A stretch of DNA of 64,000 bases from Candidatus Micrarchaeota archaeon (GCA_038046805.1 JBBSVO010000007.1:68528-132527), one strand, 5' to 3'; counted from the first letter of the stretch, positions 17,807 through 28,089 are shown. Notes: generated from the letters alone by a model not told the origin. Translations and numbers: made by a program.

Positions 17807-19033
17807 TTAAATTGATTTAATCTCTCCTATCAAATATAAACTCCCACATATTAAAACCATGCCTTTTTTTCCAGCATGGCGCTTTGCAATAGCTATCGCT
17901 TTTTTTAGATTTTTTTCCGCAATGGAATCCACATAAGCCCCCGCTTCTTTTGCCACCTTTTTCGCATCTTCTGCGCGTTCACCTTTTGGCTGCGTTGCAA
18001 TGAACCAGTCACAGTGCGGTGCAAGCAGGCGAATCATCTCTTTCCAATCCTTGTCCTTCATTGCTGCAAACACGATCGAAAGCCTGTCATAGCGGAACAA
18101 ATCGAGATTTCCAATTAGTTCTCTGATGCCATGCGGGTTATGCGCACCGTCCAGAACTACAGATGGATTGTGCGAAACGATTTCGAGGCGCCCGGGATTT
18201 TTTGCATTTTTTATTCCGCTTCTTATTGCGTCTTCTTCTATGCCAAGCTCCTCTGCTGCTGCGACTGCGAGTTCGGCATTTGATACCTGATGCCTTCCTA
18301 TTAGACGGGTTTCGAGACCATTAAAAAATTCGTGGCCAACGTAATTGAAAATGGTTTTTTTGTCAGATGCGGAAACGATTTTCGCGAATATGTCTTCGTT
18401 CAGGACCCTCAGCTGCAGATTCCTGTTTTCGGATTCTTTTTTTATTATTCCGAGCGCGTTTCCATGCGCTCCGGTTATACAAATCCCTTTTTTCATGATA
18501 CCGCTTTTCTCGCGTGCGATCTGTTCTATAGTTCCACCTAGATATTCGGTATGTTCCAAATCAACATTTGTGATTATTGAAATACATTCTTCGGCAATAT
18601 TCGTTGCATCAAGACGCCCGCCCATTCCTATTTCCATAACTGCAAAATCACAGTTCTCATCAGCGAAATATTTGTATGCGATTGCAGTAAACGCCTCAAA
18701 TTCAGTCATTTCATAACCGCTCCGAAGCAACGCAAGAATTTCCTTCTCATATTTCCGCAACTTTGTATCAATTATGCTTTTTCCGTTGATTTTGAACCGC
18801 TCGTTGTAATTTACCAGGTGCGGAGAGAAATAGCTTCCTGTGCGATAGCCGGCTTCCTTCAGAATAGAGGCGAGAAATGATGTAATCGAGCCCTTGCCAT
18901 TTGTGCCGGTAACCAGGATTACCTTCATGTTGCGCTCTGGGTGACCAAGAGCATCCATAAGCCGTGAAATTCGCTCAAGCCCTGGTCGTATGCCGAATTT
19001 TTGGAGTTTTCTGCAGAGTTTCATTCCACGCAT
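17807..19033 (-). CDS. folC: Folylpolyglutamate/dihydrofolate synthase
   Basis: VTGTNGKGS, SPHL, EIGMGGRLDATN, DLEH, LDGAHNP, GSLYLIGE. Confidence 0.95.
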   Translation of the reverse strand: MRGMKLCRKLQKFGIRPGLERISRLMDALGHPERNMKVILVTGTNGKGSITSFLASILKEAGYRTGSYFSPHLVNYNERFKINGKSIIDTKLRKYEKEILALLRSGYEMTEFEAFTAIAYKYFADENCDFAVMEIGMGGRLDATNIAEECISIITNVDLEHTEYLGGTIEQIAREKSGIMKKGICITGAHGNALGIIKKESENRNLQLRVLNEDIFAKIVSASDKKTIFNYVGHEFFNGLETRLIGRHQVSNAELAVAAAEELGIEEDAIRSGIKNAKNPGRLEIVSHNPSVVLDGAHNPHGIRELIGNLDLFRYDRLSIVFAAMKDKDWKEMIRLLAPHCDWFIATQPKGERAEDAKKVAKEAGAYVDSIAEKNLKKAIAIAKRHAGKKGMVLICGSLYLIGEIKSI

Positions 19034-19076
19034 GGATGGGAGGAACGCATTTAAACATTAAATTTGTTGCTTATCC

Positions 19077-20372
19077 ATGAACCGAACCATATACGGGCTG
19101 TTTGCCATTATTTTAACTGGATTTCTTCTTTTCGGGTGCCTGCAGACTGCTGCCAAAAAAATAGAAAGCAGTGACAAAAATGTTACGACATCTGTGAAAA
19201 AACTCATAGAAACAGTCGAAGGTGCAGCCGTAAAAACAATGCAAAACGAAACCACAGCCGGAACAACCGAAAAAAGCGGAAAAACCGAAACTGCGAGCGG
19301 AACTATGGGAAATGCGAAAATTTCCGGGACAGTAACTTCCGAGAATGGAAGCGCGTTAAGCGGAATAATCGTAAGCATCTATGACCAACAAACAACCGAT
19401 GGAAAAACTTATCGTTTGTTCAAGGAAGAGAAGAAAACAGGAAAAGACGGGAAATTTTCATTCAGTATTGAGAGCGGAAAGAATTATTTTGTAAGCGCAT
19501 CTGGATACGTGAAGATTAGTGAGAAAGAACAAAAGTATTACAAGGACGCGTTTGTTTATGCGTATGATGAAAAGCCGAAAACTCTTGGGGCAAATGAAAA
19601 CTGGACCGCAAACATCGTGATGAAATTCGCAGGAGAGAAAAAAATATTCTCTGTGCAGGGGTATGGCTACAGCATGGAAGTAAAGTATTATTACGGGGAT
19701 GAGCAATGCTCAAGAATCGCATTGAATTATCTCCAAGATTATTATCCGAAAGTAAAGGAAACCCTTGGACTTAAACTCCCTGATGAAAAAATTCTGTTTG
19801 AATTCAACACTATTATGGAGCAGGGAAGCGGGGACTGGACAGCAACAAAGGAAAAGATAAGCACTGTATGCTATCCATGGACAGACAAGGTACAGAAAGG
19901 AGAAGAGAATAGTGAAGGCAGTCAGATCGCAGATATGTGGGAAAAAGCAATACCGCACGAAATGACGCATTATTTTGTTTCGGGTTTTGAGTCCAGCGTC
20001 CTGCCGTATTGGGCAAATGAGGGGCTGGCAGATTATACCCAGTTTACAATCAATGGAGAAACTCCGGATTGCACAAAAGAAAAACTTATTCCGATTGAGA
20101 ATATGAAAGGAGAAAATATACCGCAATACCGAAGTGCAGCATGCATGTGGTATCTTCTGGAACTAGAAAAACCTGGATTTATGAAAGAAGTTATGCAAAA
20201 GGTGAAGGAAACAACCGAAAGCGGGAAAATTCCGAAAAAAGCTGGTTCTGGTTATTTCATTAAAGGAATTCTATCACAGGTTTATGGAAGCGACCTCAAA
20301 ATGTTCTTTGTGAAGAACTGGGGCTTTGATGCGAATAAGATTGAAAGCGAGTATGCAGAAGCTATAAAGTAG
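19077..20372 (+). CDS. Lipoprotein with carboxypeptidase-regulatory-like beta domain and gluzincin (peptidase MA-like) domain
   Basis: LLFGC lipobox; ISGTVTSENGSALSG; HEMTH...WANEGLADY. Confidence 0.8.
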   Translation: MNRTIYGLFAIILTGFLLFGCLQTAAKKIESSDKNVTTSVKKLIETVEGAAVKTMQNETTAGTTEKSGKTETASGTMGNAKISGTVTSENGSALSGIIVSIYDQQTTDGKTYRLFKEEKKTGKDGKFSFSIESGKNYFVSASGYVKISEKEQKYYKDAFVYAYDEKPKTLGANENWTANIVMKFAGEKKIFSVQGYGYSMEVKYYYGDEQCSRIALNYLQDYYPKVKETLGLKLPDEKILFEFNTIMEQGSGDWTATKEKISTVCYPWTDKVQKGEENSEGSQIADMWEKAIPHEMTHYFVSGFESSVLPYWANEGLADYTQFTINGETPDCTKEKLIPIENMKGENIPQYRSAACMWYLLELEKPGFMKEVMQKVKETTESGKIPKKAGSGYFIKGILSQVYGSDLKMFFVKNWGFDANKIESEYAEAIK

Positions 20373-20377
20373 AGGAT

Positions 20378-20412
20378 AAGATGCGAGACACTGGACTCTA
20401 GACACGAGACGT
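20378..20412 (+). repeat. Degenerate heptamer tandem repeat
   Basis: AAGATGC GAGACAC TGGACTC TAGACAC GAGACGT. Confidence 0.6.
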
Positions 20413-20457
20413 GACCCAGAGACCAACATTTTAATTCCCACGCTGCTAATTATTTCC

Positions 20458-21228
20458 ATGCAATGCCGCGCGCTAGTTTTATCCGGATTTGGCATCAACT
20501 GCGAGGATGAGAGCAAATTCGTTGTTGAGAAGACCGGAGGGGCTGCAGAAATCGTTCATATAAATGAATTGATAGAAGAGCCATCAATTTTTGAACAGTA
20601 TAATTTTCTTGTTTTTCCGGGCGGGTTTGCACATGGGGACGACCTTGGCTCTGGAAAGGTTCTTTCAAACAAAATGAAGTACAAATTAAGGGAACCGCTT
20701 GCCCAGTTCATAAAAGATGGCAAACTCGTGATTGGCATTTGTAATGGATTTCAGGTGTTGGCGAAGATGGGTTTGTTGCCTGTGCCGGATTTTGAGCAGC
20801 GGGTAACGCTTACAGTTAACGATTCGGGAAAATATGAAGATCGATGGGTGCGGCTCAAAATAAACAAACAATCTCCGTGTGTTTTCACGCGTGGAATGGA
20901 TTTTCTTGATGTTCCGGTAAGGCATGGCGAGGGGAAATTAGTGCCAAAGAACGAGAGCGAGCTGAAATTCATTACAGACAATAACCTGCATGCAGTCCAA
21001 TATGTCAATATGAAGGGCGAACTCGCGGGATACCCCTATAATCCGAATGGCGCGGCATTGAATATTGCCGGGATTTGCGATAAGACCGGAAGGGTTTTCG
21101 GAATGATGCCTCATCCCGAAGCTTTTAACAGCATAACAAACCATCCGGCATGGCCATTCGGGATAATAAAGGAAGCACAGGGTTTGAGGATTTTCAAGAA
21201 TGCGGTGGAGTATTTGCAGACGCAGTGA
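20458..21228 (+). CDS. purQ: FGAM synthase glutaminase subunit PurQ
   Basis: GINCE, PGGFAHGD, GICNGFQ, HGEG, NPNG, GMMPHPE. Confidence 0.96.
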   Translation: MQCRALVLSGFGINCEDESKFVVEKTGGAAEIVHINELIEEPSIFEQYNFLVFPGGFAHGDDLGSGKVLSNKMKYKLREPLAQFIKDGKLVIGICNGFQVLAKMGLLPVPDFEQRVTLTVNDSGKYEDRWVRLKINKQSPCVFTRGMDFLDVPVRHGEGKLVPKNESELKFITDNNLHAVQYVNMKGELAGYPYNPNGAALNIAGICDKTGRVFGMMPHPEAFNSITNHPAWPFGIIKEAQGLRIFKNAVEYLQTQ

Positions 21229-21514
21229 TTCACAGATATGGAACTGATGACATGGTCCAGATTTCATTGTTTAGGCCAAGACCAATAAGTACCTTATATC
21301 GCAGGGAACGGAATAATTTTAACCTGAAATTTTACAAGGATTATAATGAAGAAGTCGGCAACCTTCGCGTTTGCTGGGATTCGGAAAGAATAAGGCTGAG
21401 GCCAAAAACCCCGCCCGAAGAGCGGGATAAATAATATACATTATTGCCATAAACCAGTACAAATTAAAGGATAACTAGATATACTATTTCTATAACTGAT
21501 TTTGAGGTGGAAAG

Positions 21515-22242
21515 ATGAATACTAAATGTTTGTCATATGAACAAGTTGTAACTTTGCTGGATGAAAACCACGGCAAAAAAGTGTTTGGGGATCGTAGAAC
21601 CAAAGCAATACCACACATAGTTCATTATATCCAAACCTTTGCATTCGATTCTACTAAAATTGCGCGAGGTTTCGAAATTTTACAATCATTTGGAAGAACT
21701 GCGGTCGGTCCCTAGCAGATTTTTTGGATGAAATCGTCCGCGTCTCAGGACCGAATCCTTCACCCAATCAAATCGATGCAATACAACGAATTTGTAAATG
21801 TCTGGGTGAGGTCGGTTCAAAAAAACCAATTCCCGAAGCAATACCCTCGCTTATCGCCATAGCCATAAGTAGGCATCCTAATTCTTCTGATGCCAGGAAA
21901 GCAATCATACGGAGTATGGCTCGTGCAGTTGATAATATCGATTTAATTCTATCTGACTGTGAAGTAAGAACCGTTAGACGTCTTGGGGAAGATAGCGTAA
22001 ACGAGGTAACCTTGTTGCTTAAAGCACTGGCAGGAAATCGAAGCACGCCATTGGTGAAAATGATAGACCAAAAATTAGCTCGCGATGTTCAGTTTCGTAG
22101 ATCTCTTGGGGAAGGCCTGATTGAAACTCCCAGTATGCGACTCGAAAGACCATTACGTCGTCGGGAAAGGATATGTCTTCCCAAAATCGCGCAACCACCG
22201 AAACGAAGACACGTGTATAGTGGTATCTTCGCACCTGGCTAG
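21515..22242 (+). pseudogene. HEAT-repeat orphan split by a 1-nt frameshift at about 21710-21712
   Basis: Adding one C to CCC joins the two ORFs as ...GRTAVGPLADFLDEIV..., a HEAT-like unit matching the downstream EAIPSLIAI. Confidence 0.65.
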
Positions 22243-22257
22243 ATAACCGTTTTCCTT

Positions 22258-22752
22258 TTATTCTTTTTCAGCAAACTGCATGATTTCCTTGTAAAGAACC
22301 GGAGAAATCCGATAATTGAAATCCGTAATCAGTTTATCGAACAAACGCACAAATTCCTGTTTTTCAATTTTCTTGTTTTTCAGGGCTAACAGCAAAACAA
22401 AAGGGGTGCTGGACACATTTAAGCCAAAATATCTGGCAACCTTAATCGCAGTCAGGTCATCCAACAGAACACGGCCAACTTTATGCTCAAGCGCAGCTTC
22501 AATAACAGATCTTTCCCCGGCTCCGAGGTTTTCAAATCTTGAACTTTTCGTTGATTTCAGCAATAGGATTCTCTTTTCTTCTATAGACTTTTTTACCACG
22601 AGCGCATCGGAGTACCCGTATTCCAACCCAGCCAAAACTTCCACAGCAACTTCATCCGTAGTAAAAACATCCTCAAAAAGTTCTCCGAGAATGTCCAGCT
22701 TATTTAGCTTTGATAAAAATATCAGCGGAGAAGCATTTACGACAATTCCCAT
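22258..22752 (-). CDS. PIN-domain toxin (DUF3368 / VapC-like)
   Basis: IVVNASPLI, EVAVE, LGAGERSVI, LLDD. Confidence 0.88.
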   Translation of the reverse strand: MGIVVNASPLIFLSKLNKLDILGELFEDVFTTDEVAVEVLAGLEYGYSDALVVKKSIEEKRILLLKSTKSSRFENLGAGERSVIEAALEHKVGRVLLDDLTAIKVARYFGLNVSSTPFVLLLALKNKKIEKQEFVRLFDKLITDFNYRISPVLYKEIMQFAEKE

Positions 22753-22756
22753 ATTA

Positions 22757-23071
22757 TCAACTTTGGAGTTTCATTTTTTGCAACTCGCCTGCAAGATGTT
22801 CTTCATCGGTTCTGAAACCAATATTGCGCACCTTGAGAATATCCAGAAATTCCCAAATGGCAACCCCTGCAAGTTCTGATGCCTTCCCAGCGCTTACAGT
22901 ACCATTTTGGTATAACGTAAGTGCGTATTTTATCTTGATTTCCCGTATTCCCACGGCCAGAATTTGCCTAAGAATGGTTGTTCTATCTATTTGCTCCATT
23001 TTGGCAAGCGCGTCAATTTCCCTAAGAGCTTTCTGCTCCAACCTAAGGGTAGTTACCGTGAGATTTTCCAT
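22757..23071 (-). CDS. UPF0175-family antitoxin (RHH + HTH)
   Basis: ALTLYQNGTVSAGKASELAGV..WEF; upstream of the DUF3368 gene. Confidence 0.88.
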   Translation of the reverse strand: MENLTVTTLRLEQKALREIDALAKMEQIDRTTILRQILAVGIREIKIKYALTLYQNGTVSAGKASELAGVAIWEFLDILKVRNIGFRTDEEHLAGELQKMKLQS

Positions 23072-23080
23072 GTTAGCACC

Positions 23081-23097
23081 AGAATACATTGTATTCT
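23081..23097. promoter_or_regulatory. Putative antitoxin operator
   Basis: Perfect inverted repeat AGAATACA-T-TGTATTCT between the TATA-like box and ATG 23071. Confidence 0.55.
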
Positions 23098-23229
23098 TTT
23101 GTATTTTTAACTCTATCTATCCAAATCACAGTGACGTAACCTATTTAAACAATTGTCTAATATATATGGATTAAAGAAAACCGATAGTGGCGGGACTGGG
23201 TCATGGACAAAATTAAGCTAGACATCCGA

Positions 23230-23249
23230 TTGAACGACGTTTCGTTCAA
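23230..23249. repeat. Palindromic element, copy 1
   Basis: TTGAACGA-CGTT-TCGTTCAA. Confidence 0.7.
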
Positions 23250-23289
23250 GTCTGTCCAATTTTCAAAGCAAGAACGAGGATGAGATAGT

Positions 23290-23979
23290 ATGGACAAGAT
23301 AAAATTGGACATCGCCGGAGAGATTACCCTTGCAGATGATGCAGGAGCAGCCATGAAGAAATGGCGGGAAATATTCGGCATCACCCAAACAGCGCTTGCC
23401 AGGCACCTGAACATCACTGTTTCAACAATTAGTGATTATGAAAGCAACAGAAGGCAATCCCCTGGAACCGCGGTGATAAAACGATTCGTTCATGCGCTTT
23501 TTGATATTGACGCAAAGAATGGTGGGGCAATAGGCCAAAGACTAACTGAAAGGGAAAAACCAACTGACCAGTATTTTGAAGTTCATGAATTCGCAAGGGG
23601 AATAACCCTGAAGGATTTCGTGGAAATAATCCGCGGAAAGGCAATAACAAACCAGGATTTGCTTGAAGGAAAGAAAATCTATGGATATACTCTTATAGAC
23701 AGTCTTAAGACAATCCTTGAAATGCCATTCTCATTCTTCCAGTCATTATACGGAAACATAAACGAGCGGGTATTCATTTTTACCGGAGTTTCAACCGGAA
23801 GAAGCCCGATGGTAGTCATAAGAGTCAGCCCATCAAAGCCTTCGGCAGTAGTAATGCATGGAATAGAAGGGGAAAAAATGGACAAACTCGCATTAAAAAT
23901 CTCGGAAAAGGAACGTATTCCGATGATAACTACAAAACTGAGCGTTCAGGAAATGAAGGACGCGCTGAATAAGATATAG
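23290..23979 (+). CDS. Archaeal HTH (Xre) transcriptional regulator, COG1709-like
   Basis: IAGEI, KKWREIFGITQTALA...ISDYE, FTGVSTGRSPMV. Confidence 0.88.
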   Translation: MDKIKLDIAGEITLADDAGAAMKKWREIFGITQTALARHLNITVSTISDYESNRRQSPGTAVIKRFVHALFDIDAKNGGAIGQRLTEREKPTDQYFEVHEFARGITLKDFVEIIRGKAITNQDLLEGKKIYGYTLIDSLKTILEMPFSFFQSLYGNINERVFIFTGVSTGRSPMVVIRVSPSKPSAVVMHGIEGEKMDKLALKISEKERIPMITTKLSVQEMKDALNKI

Positions 23980-24003
23980 GTGTTGGCTGCTGGGTACTGG
24001 CTT

Positions 24004-24261
24004 CTAGCCATATGTAGTTTCGTCTCTTCTTGAAATTTTGAAAACGAGAATGACATTGTCCTGCTCAATAATAGAGTATTGTATTCTGAACGGACCTACA
24101 CGAATCCTGTAACAATCTGGGCGTCCTTCCAGTGAAATACAACCACGTGGATAGGGAGTATGTTGCAATTCCTCCAAACGTGCTTTTATTGTGCTTTTGT
24201 AGTCTGGCGAAAGTTTTTCTGCAAACTTCTTCGCTTTCTCGGAAACGTGAACTAGATACAT
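24004..24261 (-). CDS. RelE/ParE-family toxin
   Basis: MYLVHVSEKAKK...PYPRG...YRIRVGPFRIQY...RRDETTY. Confidence 0.88.
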   Translation of the reverse strand: MYLVHVSEKAKKFAEKLSPDYKSTIKARLEELQHTPYPRGCISLEGRPDCYRIRVGPFRIQYSIIEQDNVILVFKISRRDETTYG

Positions 24262-24320
24262 GTTGAAAAGTGGTGACGGAACCATTTAAAAACTTTTTGC
24301 ATAATTTTTTCTAGTGGCGA

Positions 24321-24509
24321 CTACAGATTTAGGTCGGAGAGTTTTACAGTAGCCCCTCTCTTATACTCTTGCATTGCTTTTTCATAATCAGCTATATCCT
24401 CTTTACTCATTCTATCTACCAATATTGCACTTAAGACGGATAGTTGCCTTTTGATTTGTTCTATATCCTTATGAATTTCATCCAACATCGTGTTTTCTGG
24501 CGTTACCAC
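24321..24509 (-). CDS. Cognate antitoxin (62 aa)
   Basis: GTG start after a GGTGA SD; similar to the 1217-1405 protein (EKAMQEYKRGATVKL). Confidence 0.75.
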   Translation of the reverse strand: MVTPENTMLDEIHKDIEQIKRQLSVLSAILVDRMSKEDIADYEKAMQEYKRGATVKLSDLNL

Positions 24510-24576
24510 ATATTCACCTAAATATATTATGAATTAACCACTTTTTAATTCTAATCCTCATTATATTGCCTAGAGA

Positions 24577-25155
24577 TTAAATGCTCTTGACAGGTAGCTT
24601 GGATCCGGATTGGCTGTCATCTGACTCGGCCTCTTTATTGATCTCCCCAATTAAACCCAGAACCGTCCTCAAAATTACTGGATCATTAATGTAATCCAAT
24701 AAACGTACGGCTCCAGACACCATTGCCCTACTTACAGGGATCCAATTTGTTTCTCCTGAACACATTGGGAAAGTTATGCCTATTTTTTCGCCAAGCTGGG
24801 ATAAGAGACTTTTTGTTACTGGAAGATCCGCTTCTATTAAGATTAAACTATCTCCTCCAGCACAATTCGGGACAAACTCTCCTTTTTGAAATCCAGCATA
24901 AACAGTTGCTTCGAGCGCTCGTGTCAATGCCTCCCGTGTCAGCACTTTTCGCAAGTCGTGAAGTTGTGCTTCCGCGGTGTCAGCACGACGGTTCGCCGTA
25001 TCCGCACGCCTAGATTCCGAAACCCATTTATAACTTGAAAATACAGCAACTGCACCGAGCGCCACTACCGTGCCAAACGCGGCGAATCTTGCCCCTCTTG
25101 AACGAAGATTCATAAGGGAATTATTTGCCACCAACGAATTATAAAGAGAAGACAC
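24577..25155 (-). CDS. Orphan with N-terminal TM anchor and coiled coil
   Basis: AAFGTVVALGAVAVFSSY followed by RRADTANRRADTA. Confidence 0.6.
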   Translation of the reverse strand: MSSLYNSLVANNSLMNLRSRGARFAAFGTVVALGAVAVFSSYKWVSESRRADTANRRADTAEAQLHDLRKVLTREALTRALEATVYAGFQKGEFVPNCAGGDSLILIEADLPVTKSLLSQLGEKIGITFPMCSGETNWIPVSRAMVSGAVRLLDYINDPVILRTVLGLIGEINKEAESDDSQSGSKLPVKSI

Positions 25156-25225
25156 ATCCCAAAGCCCTGCCCAATGCGAAATTATATATTAGTCTGCCTT
25201 GGCGCTATTTCCAGCCTCTAATTAA

Positions 25226-26278
25226 TCATTTATAATTGCCTATGCTCATTGCAATCACCAATGCCAAACCCAGGTATTCGGGTGACAAATTCTGCCTTAT
25301 ACTCTGGAGGTACGCATCAGCAGCATCTATTGAATACGCATTCTGCCAAGCAAACCCCCGAATAGCATTAACCCTTTCCAAATTCAGTCTTAATAAATCC
25401 ATTGAAGGTTCATGTGAGATAATATACGCTGTTCCATGACTTAGCACCATCTTCTCAAAACCAGTTCCTGATACACGCATTAATGATCCTAAATGCCGGC
25501 TTACATCTTCAATATACGGCACTCCGCGTGCCCAAAGATTCTCAGTGGCTACCAGGTCACCGACCAGTAAAATGCCATCTGGAAAAAGAAGGCCTGTCAT
25601 TAATGTGTGCCCGCTAATGTCCACTGTCTTAATTCTGAATCTTTCAATTCCAACAAGAGTTTGTGAATTCGCTTCCTGGTCCACAACCCAAAGATCTCCT
25701 CTTCTGGAAGTTGACAATCTTTTAAATATTGTTGGGTCTGGCATCATAACCCTTTCTCTAATCCCTAATGTATCTCTTAGAATCCTTGCGCATCCAAAAT
25801 GATCGATATGATGATGTGTGGCTAAAATCGCTTCAACTTCCAGGCCAGTGCTAGCTATTAACTCAGCAATCTGGGCCACCCGTTCAATAAAAATTCCATC
25901 ATGTGGATCGCGAATGATATCGTGCTCGGTGATATATCCGTCCAAATCGCGCAACAGCTGCCGACGGGCTTCAGTTGTGCTTAATCTTTCATTAATAATC
26001 CCAGAAATAGCATTGATATCGGTTGTCCTAAGAACTTCCCCAATTGCTTCCCAGATTCTCCGAACGTATCCGGCGCGGAACTCCCGCTCTATTTTTTTTG
26101 TAACACTCGGATCAACAATAACGCATTTGTTACTTCTCGGATCAAGCACAAAGATCAGTCCTGTGGCCCACCCGTCTTTGATGACATACGTATTATCTGT
26201 AATGGGTTCGACTAATGAGTGTTTCCTCAAACGACTCACAGGTTCACAAAAATTAGTTGAAACACGGGCAACTGACAT
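25226..26278 (-). CDS. Diverged metallo-beta-lactamase-fold hydrolase
   Basis: IVDP, THHHIDHFG, SGH, VGD, SHG; helical insertion between motifs 1 and 2. Confidence 0.8.
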   Translation of the reverse strand: MSVARVSTNFCEPVSRLRKHSLVEPITDNTYVIKDGWATGLIFVLDPRSNKCVIVDPSVTKKIEREFRAGYVRRIWEAIGEVLRTTDINAISGIINERLSTTEARRQLLRDLDGYITEHDIIRDPHDGIFIERVAQIAELIASTGLEVEAILATHHHIDHFGCARILRDTLGIRERVMMPDPTIFKRLSTSRRGDLWVVDQEANSQTLVGIERFRIKTVDISGHTLMTGLLFPDGILLVGDLVATENLWARGVPYIEDVSRHLGSLMRVSGTGFEKMVLSHGTAYIISHEPSMDLLRLNLERVNAIRGFAWQNAYSIDAADAYLQSIRQNLSPEYLGLALVIAMSIGNYK

Positions 26279-26448
26279 GCAATATTAATACCCCCGAAAG
26301 TATTTTAGATTAGAAGCATTTGGTTCCGGACAATGTGCGAATGTAGCAATGGTTTGTTGGGTAATTGGTCAATGTTTGATTTTATCTATGGGGAAGAAAC
26401 CAAAAAACCAAAACCATTTATATATGCTCATGTCCTATAATATCCCTT

Positions 26449-28089
26449 ATGACAGAAAAGAAAACGAAATTTATAGTTGTAGCCGGGTCTATCATGTCCG
26501 GGCTAGGTAAGGGGATTCTAACTTCTTCTATCGGAAAGCTTCTGCAGGCTAGAGGATACAATGTAATACCGATTAAATTTGATGGTTACCTTAACGTAGA
26601 TTGCGGTACAATGAACCCGTTCAGGCACGGAGAGGTATTCGTTCTTGATGACGGAACCGAAGTGGATATGGATTTTGGGACTTATGAACGATTTTTGAAC
26701 ATCTCAATTCCGGGTGCAAGCAGCATAACCGGCGGGAAATTATTCTCGCGGATTATTGAAAAGGAACGAAAAGGTGAATATCTCGGAAGGGATGTGCAAT
26801 TTGTTCCGCATCTGACTGATGAGATAAAGGACCGGGTGCGCGAAGTCGGAAAGAAAAACAATGCAGATATCGTATTGATAGAAGTTGGCGGAACTGTTGG
26901 AGATCTGGAAAACGGATATTTCCTTGAGGCAATGCGGCAATTATCATTTGAAGAAGATAACATGTTATTCATACAACTTACATACGTGCCAAGCCTATCC
27001 GAAGGAGAATTGAAGACTAAACCGACTCAGCATGCAACCAGGTTATTGCAGAGCATGGGTATACAGCCACACATGGTAATATGCAGGGAGCAGGAGCCTC
27101 TTACAGAAGAGGCAAAGAAAAAAATAAGCATATATTGCAATGTAAAGGAAGAGGCTGTTTTTGACGATCCGATGGTAAGAACGGTCTATGAATTGCCACT
27201 TGTATTGGAAAAACAGGGAATTTACAAGGCGATTGCAGAGAAACTTGGACTGGATGAAAAGCGCGAGGCAGATTTGAAAGAATGGAAAAAATCCGTAGAA
27301 AAAATTATCGAACCAAAGGGCAGAGTTCTCAAGGTTGCAATTGTCGGAAAATATACCGCAGTTAAGGATGCATATGTAAGCGTGAAGGAAGCATTGGTTC
27401 ATGCAGCGTCTGCAATAAACCATGGGTTAGAAGTAAAATGGGTGGAATCTGCAGATCTTGAAGGAAGTGCCAGCGGGGTTGAAAGAAAACTAAAGGAATT
27501 TGATGCAATATTGGTTCCGGGTGGATTTGGAAAGCGAGGAGTTGAAGGAAAAATAAATGCGATCAAATGGGCACGTGAAAATAAAGTTCCTTATCTTGGA
27601 CTTTGTCTTGGACTTCAATTGATGACCGTAGAATATGCAAGAAATATCTGCGGAATGGGTGGGGCAAACTCAACTGAATTTGATAAGGAAACAAAATACC
27701 CGGTTATTGATATATTACCTGAGCAAAAGAAAATAACGAAAATGGGCGCGACTATGCGGCTGGGCGCCTATGATTGCGAATTAAAAGATGGAACGATTGC
27801 GTACAAATCATACGGAACATACGGAAAATCGGATAAAACAGCGAAAATATCCGAACGACACCGACACAGGTACGAAGTTAATCCTGATTTTGTTGAGCCG
27901 CTCGAAAACTGCGGTCTTGTGATAAGTGGAACACATCCTGAAAGCGGAGTTGTGGAAATTGTTGAATGGCCGGAAAAATTCGGATTTGGCGCAGCGACAC
28001 AGGCACATATTGAACTAAAATCAAGGTTGGCTGAACCAGCACCTTTGTTTGTAGCATTTCTCAAAGCAGCAGCTGAGCGTAAACCTTAA
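26449..28089 (+). CDS. pyrG: CTP synthase
   Basis: SGLGKG, GTMNPFRHGEVFV, KTKPTQH, GLCLGLQ, ERHRHRYE. Confidence 0.98.
   Translation: MTEKKTKFIVVAGSIMSGLGKGILTSSIGKLLQARGYNVIPIKFDGYLNVDCGTMNPFRHGEVFVLDDGTEVDMDFGTYERFLNISIPGASSITGGKLFSRIIEKERKGEYLGRDVQFVPHLTDEIKDRVREVGKKNNADIVLIEVGGTVGDLENGYFLEAMRQLSFEEDNMLFIQLTYVPSLSEGELKTKPTQHATRLLQSMGIQPHMVICREQEPLTEEAKKKISIYCNVKEEAVFDDPMVRTVYELPLVLEKQGIYKAIAEKLGLDEKREADLKEWKKSVEKIIEPKGRVLKVAIVGKYTAVKDAYVSVKEALVHAASAINHGLEVKWVESADLEGSASGVERKLKEFDAILVPGGFGKRGVEGKINAIKWARENKVPYLGLCLGLQLMTVEYARNICGMGGANSTEFDKETKYPVIDILPEQKKITKMGATMRLGAYDCELKDGTIAYKSYGTYGKSDKTAKISERHRHRYEVNPDFVEPLENCGLVISGTHPESGVVEIVEWPEKFGFGAATQAHIELKSRLAEPAPLFVAFLKAAAERKP

Noticed and set aside
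21252..21434. 60-aa ORF MVQISLFRPRP... after purQ
   Set aside because: May be a real small orphan or a fragment, but it has no motif or other support, so it is not listed as a feature.
26449..28089. AUA reassigned to Met, suggested by tRNA(UAU) and ATA-start ORFs
   Set aside because: ATA codons fall at conserved Ile positions (for example PyrG GIQP and the N-terminal FIVV), and the tRNA has an Ile-type acceptor stem.
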